Source: Macrostomum lignano
Lineage: Eukaryota
Assembly: GCA_002269645.1 (NCBI GenBank)
Contig: NIVC01001270.1
Coordinates: 82,040 to 146,039 of the forward strand
Direction: 5' to 3'
Length of the DNA stretch: 64,000 nt
The number at the start of each line of letters is the position of its first letter. Positions within the stretch are counted from its first letter, which is position 1. Both the position numbers and the translations under genes were made by a program. The notes below the pieces were generated by a model, which saw only the letters and a list, made by a program, of their open reading frames with translations, was not told the DNA's origin and ran no database searches. Positions 33,860 through 47,246 of the stretch are shown here, one piece after another.

Positions 33860-35545
33860 CAGGGGCGTCGCCAACGTGGGGACAGGGAGGATATATGTCC
33901 CCTCCCAGTGAAAGATCTGGGGGGACATGCGAATGCTTTGTCCCCCTCCCACCCCACCTTGTGACCCCTTCTGGAAATCAATAATTTTTTTGCAGGGCGC
34001 CAAAATAGAGTGCCTGCGGCGCTAAAATGAGTGCCTGCGGCGCTAAAATGAGTGCCTGCGGCGCTAAAATGAGTTGCCTGCGGCGTTAAAATGAGTGCCT
34101 GCGGCGGCAAAATGAGTGCCTGCGGCGCTAAAATGAGTGCGTGTGGCGCTAAAATGAGTGCCTGCGGCGCTAAAATAAGTGCCTGCGGCGCTAAAATGAG
34201 TGCCTGTGGCGCTAAAATGAGTTGCCTGTGGCGTTAAAATGAGTGCCTGTGGCGCTAAAATGAGTGCCTGCGGCGCTAAAATGAGTGCGTGTGGCGCTAA
34301 AATGAGTGCCTGCGGCGCTAAAATAAGTGCCTGCGGCGCTAAAATGAGTTGCCTGCGGCGTTAAAATGAGTGCCTGCGGCGGCAAAATGAGTGCCTGCGG
34401 CGCTAAAATGAGTGCGTGTGGCGCTAAAATGAGTGCCTGCGGCGCTAAAATGAGTGCCTGCGGCGGCAAAATGAGTGCCTGCGGCGCTAAAATGAGTTCC
34501 TGTGGCGCTCAAATGAGTGCCTGTGGCGCTCAAATGCATGAGTACCTGCGGCGCTAAAATGAGTGCCTATGGTGCTCAAATGCATGAGTGCCTGCGGCGC
34601 TAAAATGAGTGCGTGTGGCGCTAAAATGAGTGCCTGCGGCGCTAAAATAAGTGCCTGCGGCGCTAAAATGAGTTGCCTGCGGCGTTAAAATGAGTGCCTG
34701 CGGCGGCAAAATGAGTGCCTGCGGCGCTAAAATGAGTGCGTGTGGCGCTAAAATGAGTGCCTGCGGCGCTAAAATGAGTGCCTGCGGCGCTAAAATGAGT
34801 GCCTGTGGCGCTAAAATGAGTTGCCTGTGGCGTTAAAATGAGTGCCTGTGGCGCTAAAATGAGTGCCTGCGGCGCTAAAATAAGTGCCTGCGGCGCTAAA
34901 ATGAGTGCCTGCGGCGCTAAAATGAGTGCCTGCGGCGGCAAAATGAGTGCCTGTGGCGCTAAAATGAGTGCCTGCGGCGCTAAAATGAGTGCGTGTGGCG
35001 CTAAAATGAGTGCCTGCGGCGCTAAAATGAGTGCCTGCGGCGCTAAAATGAGTGCCTGCGGCGCTAAAATGAGTGCCTGCGGCGCTAAAATGAGTGCCTG
35101 CGGCGCTAAAATGAGTGCCTGCGGCGCTAAAATGAGTTGCCTGCGGCGTTAAAATGAGTGCCTGCGGCGCTAAAATGAGTGCGTGTGGCGCTAAAATGAG
35201 TGCCTGCGGCGCTAAAATGAGTGCCTGCGGCGCTAAAATGAGTGCCTGCGGCGCTAAAATGAGTGCCTGCGGCGCTAAAATGAGTGCGTGTGGCGCTAAA
35301 ATGAGTTGCCTGCGGCGTTAAAATGAGTGCCTGCGGCGCCAAAATGAGTGCGTGTGGCGCTAAAATGAGTGCCTGCGGCGCTAAAATGAGTGCCTGCGGC
35401 GCTAAAATGAGTGCGTGTGGCGCTAAAATGAGCGCTGACAACACCGATTCTGAAATAATGTACATGTAGGAATTTAGTCAAGTACATGTACAAGTATAAT
35501 TGTTGGCTCTGCCCCACCACCATAAAATCTATGGCGACGCCCCTG
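33860..35545. mobile_element. hAT-like non-autonomous element carrying an internal minisatellite
   Basis: Perfect 14-bp TIR CAGGGGCGTCGCCA / TGGCGACGCCCCTG; 8-bp flanks TACGTACA and CATGTATA (5 of 8 identical, differences all transitions). Confidence 0.75.
34010..35432. repeat. Minisatellite, 21 bp unit (GCCTGCGGCGCTAAAATGAGT)
   Basis: About 1.4 kb tandem array inside the TIR-bounded element. Confidence 0.97.
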
Positions 35546-36259
35546 CATGTATATGAAAGTCGATCCAGTCAGTATACGCGACAATGCGGTGGGTATTTAG
35601 AGATAAAGTTCTCAGCTTGAGGCGCAGACTAAATAATTTGGGATTTCGGAGTCACTCGGCGGTGAACTCCGGAAGACGGGCAGGCAGCAGACTCGGTGCG
35701 GTGGAGATAAGAGAGAGAGAGAGAGACCGCTCCCGCACGAGCCTTTTGATTTATTATCGAAGTCACGAACACAGCTGCTGGTCATGCGATGACGCTCTGC
35801 ACCTGTTTAATCCAGTACAGGGGGCTGGCGGTGGTCAGGTTGGGGAAAAGAAATCTTACCTGAGCAGACGGGGATGCCTTTTAGTCAACTATTTTTATAT
35901 CGAGTGACGGACGCGTGGTTGTTAACGCTGATGGACTGACGCTATGGCTGTTATACGAGGCGATTCAAAGTGAATCAGGTGCTCGTGCACTGCATTAGAA
36001 ATGACAATTTCTTTTATTTACGTCGATGCTTAGACGGAGAAATTTCTTTTTGCTTTAAGTCACATGATCCACAACAATATCTGGCATGGGCCTGCTTGCA
36101 ACTAACCAATTAGCGAGGAGTTGCGTGCAGTACCGACTACGAGCGTTATGCGTGCCCTGTAATTGTACTCAATCCGTTCGAGTATATAGTTTCGATGCAA
36201 TTGAGAGTTTGAGTTGAGTTGTTAAGAATGTCAGTGCTCGTGTGCTTCTCAATGCTTCA

Positions 36260-38088
36260 TTAGCTCAGAGACAGTTCCTCCAGCGGTACAGCAGTCGGTG
36301 GCGGCGGTTGCGGCAGCAGCGGCAGAGTCGCGATCAGCCTTCCCTGCCGCTGTCGGTCGCCTCCATCGTCCGGGTGGTCACTGGCGGCCTCATCGCCCTG
36401 ATGTCGCTGCCGGTGCCACCGCATTGTCGACTGGCCCCGACGTTGTCGTCTCAGCAGTCGGCGACCCCGCTGCCGGTGGCCGTCGCCGGGACCAAGTTGG
36501 ACGCAGCCGAGACTCGCGACAGTGTCGTAGATTGCTGAGCGCAGTGCCATGCGGAACTTGGCGGACATTAGGCTGTACAATACCGGATTAGCGATGGAAG
36601 AGGCAAAGTACAGCAGCCCGGAGACCAGGTAAAGCGTCTGATTGACGGCTGTCACCAGGCAGCTCTGGCAGTAGGACTCTCGCTGCACCAGGTCGCCAAG
36701 AATGCGCGATAGATGAAACGGAGCGTAGCAGAAGAAGAATGCGAGCACGAGAGCGGCTGCAAGGCGAGGGTTGGCGTCGAAGTCAAAATTACAAGCTGTT
36801 TTAAAAATTGCAGGACATCGTCCCGCCACTAGCGCTAAGGTAAATTTGCCCGATTCGCTGGCTCCTGTCACTCCTGAGCACAATATAAGACACGGATAAT
36901 GTACGCAGGTACGCACGCACTATTACGAGGTACCCGCTCACACAGGGTGTACATCGGCCCTTTGACTTTCTAATCGTCAGGCATGTACACTCTCTGTGCC
37001 TTGGGGGTTTGGCCCCCAAGCCCCATGAACCGCATGACAAGTGTTAGATTAAAAGAGGTCAAGCACGGAATGCAACCCAGGGATCAAGGCGTGAGGGTCG
37101 GGCGCATTTACTGTTCCCCCGACTCAAATAAAGAGGACTTTCTGGTCCATCTTCAGGGTTCGCTAGGGCTGAGGATTAACGAGTAACCCATGGGATTCCG
37201 TGCAAATACGTCCATTTGCTGACAATGAAATGCAATGAAATGCTCATGAAAGCAGGGAGATCCTTCACCTAGCAGCTTGACAAGCGCGCGGCGACCCTTG
37301 CTAGGGCCGCTAGCGGGTCTCTCCTGGTCGGCGGCGCCGGCAGTCCGGTAGCGTCGGCCCAGCAAGCGCGGGTAGCGTCGCAACGAGCCCTGCACAGCGG
37401 CGCCAATGCGCAGGTACATGTACAGCATCAGCAGCATCGGCAGTCCGAACAGCAGCACGGAGGAGGCCAGGAACGAGTACGGTATTCGTCGAGTTTCTAC
37501 TACGTCGCAGAGTCGAGATTCAACCAGCGGCTTAGCCGAGTAGCCCGTGCTCGAGTCGTTGCGCAGCAGCACCTCCACGCCAAGCTGCGTGGTCATGGCG
37601 GCGGACAGGCAGACCGAGGCAAGCCAGAGCAGGGCGATGGACCGGCCGATGCCGATTCCGGCTGGCGTAGGCCGACAGATCGCCAGGTAGCGCTGAGTTG
37701 TCAAGGCCAGTAGCGTCAGTGCTGAGCAGCTGGTGCAGGCCTCGGCCAGGAAGCCCGAGCTGGCGCACAGCAGGCCGCTACCTGGGAACGGGTAGCGCCT
37801 CCAGTGCGAGTAGATCTCGTAGGGCAGCCGGGCAATGAGCACTAGCAGATCGGAGACGCTCAGGCTCATTAAATAGAAGTTTGTTGCCGTGTGCAAGTAC
37901 CTGGTGCGAGCTATCACGGCGCAGATTGCTAGGTTTCCAACGCCGCCAACTAACAGTATGGTTGCCATGACAACAGTGTAGGCTACCAATTTGCCCGATC
38001 CGTAGGCAGTTGGCGGACCCCACTGCAGTTCTATACATTTGACGTCGCTGATGTTGTAATGACAACTGACGTGCACAAAGGATATCAT
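36260..38088 (-). CDS. Rhodopsin-class neuropeptide GPCR, neuromedin U/pyrokinin/capa receptor-like (438 aa); exons 38088-37269 and 36756-36260
   Basis: GN in TM1, TATNFYLMSLSVSDLL in TM2, YPF and LAE motifs, QRY in place of DRY, CYAPFH in TM6, NPVLY in TM7. Phase-1 GT-AG intron. Confidence 0.9.
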
Positions 38089-38917
38089 TGCTAAATGGTT
38101 GAGAAAATTTGAATTGGAAATTGGAAAAATGTTTGCAGGAATATTTCTAGTGAATAATTCGAAAGCCCTTTAAATATTTTTTTCAGACCAATGCATGCTC
38201 TTGCAGCTTCTTTCATCCAATCAAGACCCTATATCTCCACACCTGGCCAATAAGTCTCGATAGAAGTAATATTCTCTCTCAACCAATGAGGGCCGGCTTT
38301 GCTTCACATATTTTTAGTACTGCGGGTACTTTCTTATTTTTTATGCATTATAAATATGATTTCAATACAAGGGATACAATGTGAGGGATAAAATTGTGTA
38401 TAAATACATGTACTATGAGTATTTTTGCATTTAGCCGGATAAAGTTTATAAAATATGTGTGGGTTTTTGCTATCATCGCGACTGGGATGACTTAAGGGAT
38501 TCTTGATTATAACTTGATCGTGATGGATCGTCAGTATTATTTCACGCTAATGCAAAGATACGGAGGGCTGCATAAATACAGTAAAAACGTGGGAGAGGAG
38601 TCACATGATGAAATTTTACATGGGTTGAATGTACCTTGGAAGTAACTGTGGCATATTGGACAACGCAAATTCACATATTGTGCCTGGGTAAAATTATATG
38701 GTCGACTGTTTCACTTCCTTTGTTACCACCTAATGGCCAGATGTGCCAACCGAAAGCTCAGCCACAGCAATTGCGCGGTTGCGCGGCGCATGATCTGAAG
38801 GCTGCGTACGGCTGTGTCCAGTCCAAGGACTGAGGGGGGGGGGTGCCGGTCACACCAATTAACCTTGGCTGAACTGAAGAAATGCAGAGTTAACTAGCTC
38901 AAGAAACAAATCGTTCC

Positions 38918-38995
38918 AGTAGGATCGGGAATCGAACCCCGGCCCAACCTTAAAATCGTAATTAAGTGCGACGCTCTGACCACTAGAACATGTAG
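38918..38995 (-). pseudogene. tRNA-like sequence (pseudo-tRNA or SINE head)
   Basis: A-box-like TAGTGGTCAGAGC and B-box GGTTCGATTCCC on the minus strand; acceptor stem does not pair. Confidence 0.55.
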
Positions 38996-39459
38996 GTGAT
39001 GAGGACGCACTTTTTCCCAAATCCCACGCTAGCATGGGCTCTAAACTTACTTGCCTACTAACAGTGGGCAATGGGCATTTTTATCCTTTTTCTGCGAATT
39101 TCCATAGAATCTATACTAGATATAATGTCTGGTCATACTAGTAGTCATAATAACATAGGCGCAGCTTTTTGGGTCATAAATCATCGCTTTCAAAGTTTGT
39201 CTGACAGCCACCTGCGCCTCACTCAGTGTTGAAGCGGGCGCCAGATGGTCTGAGAGGATGCGGGCGGTAGCTTTTTTTCTCATCATTTTGACAGGCCATC
39301 AAGATTTATGAGGTCAGAGCCTATTGTTCGTGTTCACTCAAGCGTGTGACAGCTTTGACAGCTATGCGTTTTACCCATAAAAGTACCTTGGGATTAGCGA
39401 TTAGCAATTTCTCTTCATTATCTTCACTTTCTATTTAATAAGAGCTTTCTAATGTATAT
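38996..39459 (+). repeat. Dispersed 464-bp repeat, copy 2
   Basis: Matches 12671-13134. Confidence 0.9.
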
Positions 39460-40962
39460 CATTGCCCAATTCTCATCCTTGTACAGCATGGCTTGTTGCA
39501 GTTTCAAGCTTAAAGCTTTGAGGGAGGAACGAGGATGTAATGTACGCTAAGATTACACTACATGTGTACCCTTTAACAGAGAATCAATTGTTTAATTACT
39601 TTTAAGCAGTCCGTACGCGGTAACAGTCATTTAAAATATTTTTAATGCCATAAAATTATTTAAGTTTACCACCAGACGCAGCCCATTGAAATCTAAATGC
39701 AGTAAGTCAAATTCTTCGCGATAGGGCCTGATTCAAGGCAATCGTATTAACTGCATGGCTCTCTCCACAAACGAAAGGCACTCTACTTGACAGATGTTTT
39801 AAATTTTTAGCATATGGGTGATGAAAAAACTTTAGTATTAGTAATTGGTTTGTTTTTATTTATTTTTGTTACAAGTAAGCAAAGTTACATTAAGGTTTTG
39901 TTTTACTTTTTACACCTGTTATATTCTGATTTGAATTTCAAAAGTGGAGTGGAAGATATGAATTGATTCAAACGACGACGATGACGACGTGTTATTTCAG
40001 CAGTGATGACGATGAACTTGTCTTCACTTTGAGACGTGGATTTTTGGCGTCTTAGCCTCTTAGTTTATTATATCAGTAGCAACCTGCACCAACTGATTTT
40101 TATCAGCAACAGATGTATTATTATAAACTCCATACTTATATGATATAGCTAGCTCCAATAATAAAATTAACTCTGCACAAATTGACAAATAGGCCTACAT
40201 TACTTTTGCTTGCTCGACACTACACAATTTGAGTCATTAAGTCTAAAGATTGGACTTAGAAAAGAGGAATTTGGCTGTGCTCATGTGCTGTTTGCTAGGC
40301 CTACAGCATTGATAGGCCTATGGTCTAGGGACTACACTATTTTAGTATTATTCTAATTATTGTTATTTTTTAGACATTAGGCCACTAGGCCTAGTCCATC
40401 TATTGTTGGCCTATTATATTAGGGCCTTTCTAAATTTGTAGCCTAATTTTCTTGGCTTATATTGCATTTAAAGGGATAATTTTCTAGGCCTTATTTAAAA
40501 ATTATATTAGGCCTATATAGATTAGCCTAGAGCCTATAGCTATATTATAGAATATATGGGGAAATCCAAAAATCGGGGGCAAGTTTTATGAAAATTCGTT
40601 TTTTGGCAATTTGAAAGCAATAAAGCTATAAAATAAATTTATTCATGTTTTTAAAAAGTAAAAAAGTCTATTAAAGCACAAATTATTTTCGTATAGCTTT
40701 ATTTTTAATAAAATGATTTGTTAAAACGGTAAGTTTAATTACGACCTAAAATGAGTCTAATGAAAATGATTAAAAAGCTATAATAATGTATTTTATTAAC
40801 TTTAACTATCTTATAATGTTACACTTTATAATTCTACAACATATTTAACATTATTTTAAGGTTTTATTTGTTTATCACTTTCGTTACTCTTGACAACGTG
40901 TATTTTGTAGAGTTCGTTTGCAATAAATTGTATTCAACGTAAGTTTATTATTTAAACATACA

Positions 40963-41490
40963 AATTCCCGTAAGGATCGGAAAATTGCATTTTACTCAGC
41001 TTCTACTAAAGCGATTTGGAAAATTCTTTTTTTCCTGCATATACGCCGCGATGATACATGTTTTAGTGTAATTTCATTGTTCTTCGTCGCTTAATAAGCA
41101 TACAGTAAGCATCTGATTTGGAAGCCGGGTAACACATTGGAATTCCCATAAGGATTGGAAAATTGCATTTTACTCAGCTTCTACTGAAGCGATTTGGAAA
41201 ATTCTTTTTTTCCTGCATACACGCCGCGATGATACATGTCTTAGTGTAATTTCATTGTTCTTCGTCGCTTAATAAGCATACAGTAAGCATCTGATTTGGA
41301 AGCCGGGTAACACATTGGAATTCCCATAAGGATTGGAAAATTGCATTTTACTCAGCTTCTACTGAAGCGATTTGGAAAATTCTTTTTTTCCTGCATACAC
41401 GCCGCGATGATACATGTTTTAGTGTAATTTCATTGTTCTTCGTCGCTTAATGAGCATACAGTAAGCATCTGATTTGGATGCCGGGTTCAC
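40963..41490. repeat. 178-bp tandem repeat, about 3 copies
   Basis: AATTCCC(G/A)TAAGGAT recurs at 40963, 41141 and 41319. Confidence 0.93.
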
Positions 41491-42679
41491 ATCTTGCCTG
41501 ATTGCAGCGCATGGGCATTTTGGCGGACGGCGTCCGGCGCGGATCTAATACGGCGCGGCGCAGCGCATACGGTGCGCAGCGATTAGTACGGCGCGGCGCG
41601 CTACTAATTAGATGCCGAGGCTTTTAAGCTTGATAAGACAGTCATAGTTACTCCTGCCGTTTACCCAAAACTGCGTTAATTTTGCTTTAGGGTTTCTTTC
41701 ACAGGTAAGTCATTTCACAGCGTGGCGCAGGTTGTGTAGGCGTCTGGCGTACTTAAGCCATGCGCTGCAATAGGGACATCTTGTGGTACCATTTTTTACC
41801 CAAAATTTTTAAGTCTAAATATAGGCATATTACAAATACTATTACAAATAAGTTGATATTTAAATGAAAGAAAACAACTTAAAGATTATTTTGCAACAAG
41901 GAATTAGCGATATATTTACTTTTAGAAAAAGATGTTTGCTGGCAAACTTTGCACTTTATATTAGTATGAATTTTTGCGAGTTTATATGGTTTTAGAAAAA
42001 CTTTGAAATCCTTAGAAATACTTCATCTTTTTGAATTGAATAAAAAGTAAAACACAGATTACTTTCTGTTTTGTAATTAGTAAAAAAATTAGCCTTCTCT
42101 AAGGCCTACAAGTCTTAAAATTAATTGTTTAATAATGAAAAAAAGTGAAACAAAAAATTGCAAATCGGTCAACTCGGACTTTCAAAATGCTTTTTTGTGG
42201 TTTTTTCTTATTTATTCAACAATACAAAGCATGAAAACAATAGTTTTTATCCAGAACTATTTTCTAAAGACATATCTATCTTTCAAAAACCTTTTTTAGA
42301 TACATTACTTTCCATCGAATGTCCGCAGATTTGTTTTACCGTTTTATCCCACGTTTTTGGATTTCGCCATATTCATACAAGCTGTTGAAACCCGCAGATT
42401 TTAAACCCAAGGAATTCCAATCCCTGGAACTACTTTTGCATGTATTCTGAAATCTAAGGCCATATACAAACAAAAATTTGTTAATAGTTAGTAGGATAGA
42501 GGTAGACATAAAATGGAGTACATTTGTGTAAAATTTGGATTTAAGGCAAACATTTGATATTGTTGGCTGGGGTACTGTGCAGAATGTCAGGCAATGTCTG
42601 TTTGACTCTAAAACATGTATTGGCAAACTCTAGCCTCTACCTGACTTTCCCTATATCCCTTGGATCCTTTAAAATTTCT

Positions 42680-43620
<941 letters not shown>

Positions 43621-44613
43621 CTTTTTAGTTTCACTTCAGTCTGCATCAGTCTAACAACCAAGGAAATATGCATTTCTTAGGCCATTTAAAATTTAAAGTA
43701 CTTCTAAAAGAAACTTTAAATTTCTATGGTGTGAATAATTTAGTAGGGTTTTGTTGCATTCCATCGCCTTTTCATAAATCTTTCACTTTTACAAATGCAA
43801 ACCATGCTGGATTGCCTTGATTTGCCAATTGCCATCCACTGTTAAACTGCTACAGAGTTTGCCAATACAGAGGGCAGTGGTTAGAATTTCTCACTTAACT
43901 GTCATGGCTAAATGTAGCCTCTACACGGGGGTGCAGAGAAGGCTATAAATAAAGTTATTCCAAAACACTATACATTTGCTATGTACATTCAGTCCTATTG
44001 CCTGAGCCTTGGTCTGGCTCTGGAGGAATGAGTGAGTGAGTGGCACAAACAACAAAAATAGCAGACAAACTTCACATGCTTACAGTTTCTGTTCTAATTG
44101 AGTTAGAGAGTTTAAAAATTATAGAGAATGAGTCAAAAAGAAATTGTATCAAATTTGAAGTCAATCGCTTTACATGGAGCAAACTTATGGCAGTCAAAAG
44201 TTAGTCAATTTTACAACCCCTTTTACACGTCTAGGCCCAGATCAAGAAAGAGAGGCAGGCGGGCAGAGGTTGGGGTGGCTGTCTTGCTGAAAAAAGTGCA
44301 CAGCGCCATTCAGGATTAATTTTGAGACTTAAAGTTTTACACAATTGTGTCAAAATAGTTGAAGATTGTTCGTGTCAAATTTGAAGAGTATTGGTAAAAC
44401 TGGTACGGCACTATAGAGGATTTAGTGAAAAAAATGTGCATTTTGTTCAGTTTTTTCAACTTTTAGGTAGGAAGACTTGAGTTTAGGAAATTTTAAGGTA
44501 GCCTAAGACATTTTCTGTAGTGAGTTTAGGGTAGGTGGAAAATTTGGTATAATTTGGTTGAGTGGTTTGGGAATCCATATTGATCAAAATTGTCTATAGA
44601 CAGACAGACATAC

Positions 44614-44998
44614 CATAGATAAAGTATACATAGATTCCACCCCTGCCCAGAATGTACACACGCTCGTGTCCAAACTTTGACCACCATAAAACTCACCGTG
44701 CTCTCATTGGCTGGTGCGAAAGCCTTCCTTTCAACCCCTTCGATTTCATTCCCTCACCCCTTCCACACAAGAAAGCTTTATAACTTTAATGCGCGGAACG
44801 AAAGGATGTCTTACCAGTTTCAACAGTTTAGCAAGAATGAAGTCGACACGCAAGTGTTCCGGAGTTGGGGGAATGTACACACGTGGACTCAATGTGCATA
44901 GCGTGGCCCAGCCAATAGGAGCGCAGTGAATAAAGTGATGGTCACAATTTAGACACTCCGCGGGGGCAGGGGTGGAATCTATGTATACTTTATCTATG
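44614..44998. mobile_element. MITE with CATAG termini and 8-bp TSD (P-element-like), 385 bp
   Basis: Perfect 35-bp TIR CATAGATAAAGTATACATAGATTCCACCCCTGCCC; TSD AGACATAC at 44606-44613 and 44999-45006. Confidence 0.92.
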
Positions 44999-46384
44999 AG
45001 ACATACAGAGTTTTGATTTTTATAGTTAGAGATATTGCATACTAGAACTATATAATCAATATTAATAATGAGTAGAACTCCTCCTTTGGAGGAGATAGGG
45101 AAAGAACTCTCATTTCCAGAAGTTAAATTTTAAGCATAAATTTCAAACTTTCAACTAAATTATCTGTTAGTAGGAGTCTATCATGCAATTAAAAGAAGAT
45201 CATTTATTGTCAAAATGTAAAAAAGGTCATTTATTGTCGCAACACTGGCATAGTTTTGACAAATGGCATGCATTTGTAATTATTCAATTTTTGTTCAGGC
45301 GTGCACCTAGCATGATCCAGACTATGGTTTCTACTGTTGTATTTTTCATCTCTTATCTAGCTTTTAGTCTTATGTCTGCACCCTTTGCTCTCATTTTTAC
45401 CCTCTTCTTTTTCCTCACTAATTTCTCTTCTCTACACTTCCATCTTTCTCATTTCTGATCTTTTATCTCTCTTTTTCTCTTTTTTCCCTTGTCTCATTTC
45501 TCTTTCCTCTATTCCTTCTCCTCTCACCTATCTCTCCTCTCTCTCCTCTCCTCTCTCTACTCCCTTATTTATCTCTTCTCCCTCATCCTTCATGTCTACT
45601 CTCTCCTGTCTTCTCTTTCCCTTCTTCTCATATCTAATTTCTACCCTTTTATTGTCTCTTCTCTACTTTCTCTTTCTCTCTTCTTTTTATCTCTCTCTTC
45701 TCTGCTATCAATTTTCATATCTCATATATGTTCTCACCCTCACCTTCATTTAATTCTTTTCATGAAACTGAATTCCATCAAAATTCTCTTCTTTCAACAA
45801 CAATCTATCAATATCATCTCTGTCAAGCTACAATTCATCAAATTTTTATCATAAGTTTGCAGTTTTCCAATATAAGTTTCAACGCTGAGTTCCAAATAGC
45901 CTAGGAAAAGTTACGTTACATACACATATATACAAACAACACGTAAGTTTTAGTATTAGGAGATGACAAGCCAAGCAAATAACAACAATTTTAATTTAAC
46001 CTTTATGAAATTGTATTCAATCAGTGATTACTACACTAGGCCCTAAGCAATACCATAGTCACAAGGTGGAGTAGCCTATCATTTTTTGAAAAAATATAGG
46101 CCTATTCACGATTTTGCTAGGCCATATCTATATATTATAGTATTTATATACTATTTCTATGCTATAGGCCTAGTCCTAAGTATATGCTATGCTATGCAAG
46201 TAAGATTCATTTGCTTTATATATAGGAGGATTAGATCAAATCTATAGGGTATCCACACTTTGGTGCTTGTGCTTTTTGGTGCCTAGCACTTTGGTGCCCC
46301 AGTTTGCTTTTCAATGCTTAAATTATAAATTTGAATTAGAAACAAAATTTTTTTCAATTGCAGTACATTCTTACTTTAAATAAC

Positions 46385-47225
46385 TGAGGTAGGCCTTATT
46401 TTAACATTGTTCGTTTCCTAGAAAATAGTGTATTTGAAACTAGACTATTTTGTTTTAACACGTATAATATTAGTAATATTGTAAATATTTTAAATATTAT
46501 GAAATTTTATTTGTTTAAAAGACCAAATCGAGAGGAGTATAAATACACGAGCTGAATAAGAAGGAGAGCAACTGGTGCAACTTGTGCTTCGTTGGCTTCA
46601 AGCCTAAAACTGTTCTAGTATATTGCTCAATACTCACTGACTTAGTTATTTTAGGAAGCATCAGAAGCCTCAAAATTGAGAGAGTTCAACCCGTTCTTAG
46701 TGAACGAGACAACCAGATCTAGGATCTGAGAAATCGCCTGTAGAAGGCAGAAATCCTACCACAGGGTAGAGAAGTCCAGACTCAGAGTCTGAGAAACCCA
46801 CCTCAGGGCAGAATACCCAGCGAAGTGCGCTGTGACCCTCTGATCCCGGGAACGCCCAGGACTGAATCTTTAGAGTATAGGAATAGAATAGACAGTGCCT
46901 AAGAGACCGCTCAGGCCCGAAAGTACAGTAAAAGTACATACGCTACCAATAGAAGTACAGACGCTACCAATAAAAGTACATACACTACCAATAGAAGTAC
47001 ATGCACTACAAGTAGAGGTCAAGTAATAACCAGCAATATTAACAAAAAGGAATAACCCCTGCAACAACTTAGTGACAGCGGTGAAATCATTTGTAGGGAC
47101 AGAAGTTAACCACCAGCACAACTTTAGTGACAGCGGTGGGATTGTATAGAAAGACGGAGCCCTACGTCAACTTTGGTGACAATAGTGGGAGAATATTAGT
47201 AGAGGCAGAAGTAAGCCCTACGACA
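46385..47225 (+). repeat. 5' LTR (841 bp): TATAAATA at 46538, AATAAA at 46969, 21-bp repeats at about 46940-47005, PBS-like array at 47070-47191
   Basis: Matches 51483-52323. Confidence 0.95.
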
Positions 47226-47229
47226 ACTT

Positions 47230-47240
47230 TGGTGGCAGCG
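47230..47240 (+). other. Primer-binding site TGGTGGCAGCG (tRNA-Leu)
   Basis: 4 nt after the LTR-terminal CA; complementary to the metazoan tRNA-Leu(AAG/TAG) 3' end CGCTGCCA-CCA. Confidence 0.9.
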
Positions 47241-47246
47241 TAAAGG

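Noticed and set aside
35584-35950. LTR-like composition downstream of the hAT-like element
   Set aside because: No TG...CA boundaries, TSD or second copy found.
47060-47240. Repeat-spacer layout superficially like a CRISPR array
   Set aside because: Eukaryotic context, no cas genes, spacers related to each other, and the repeats are explained as tRNA-complementary PBS copies.
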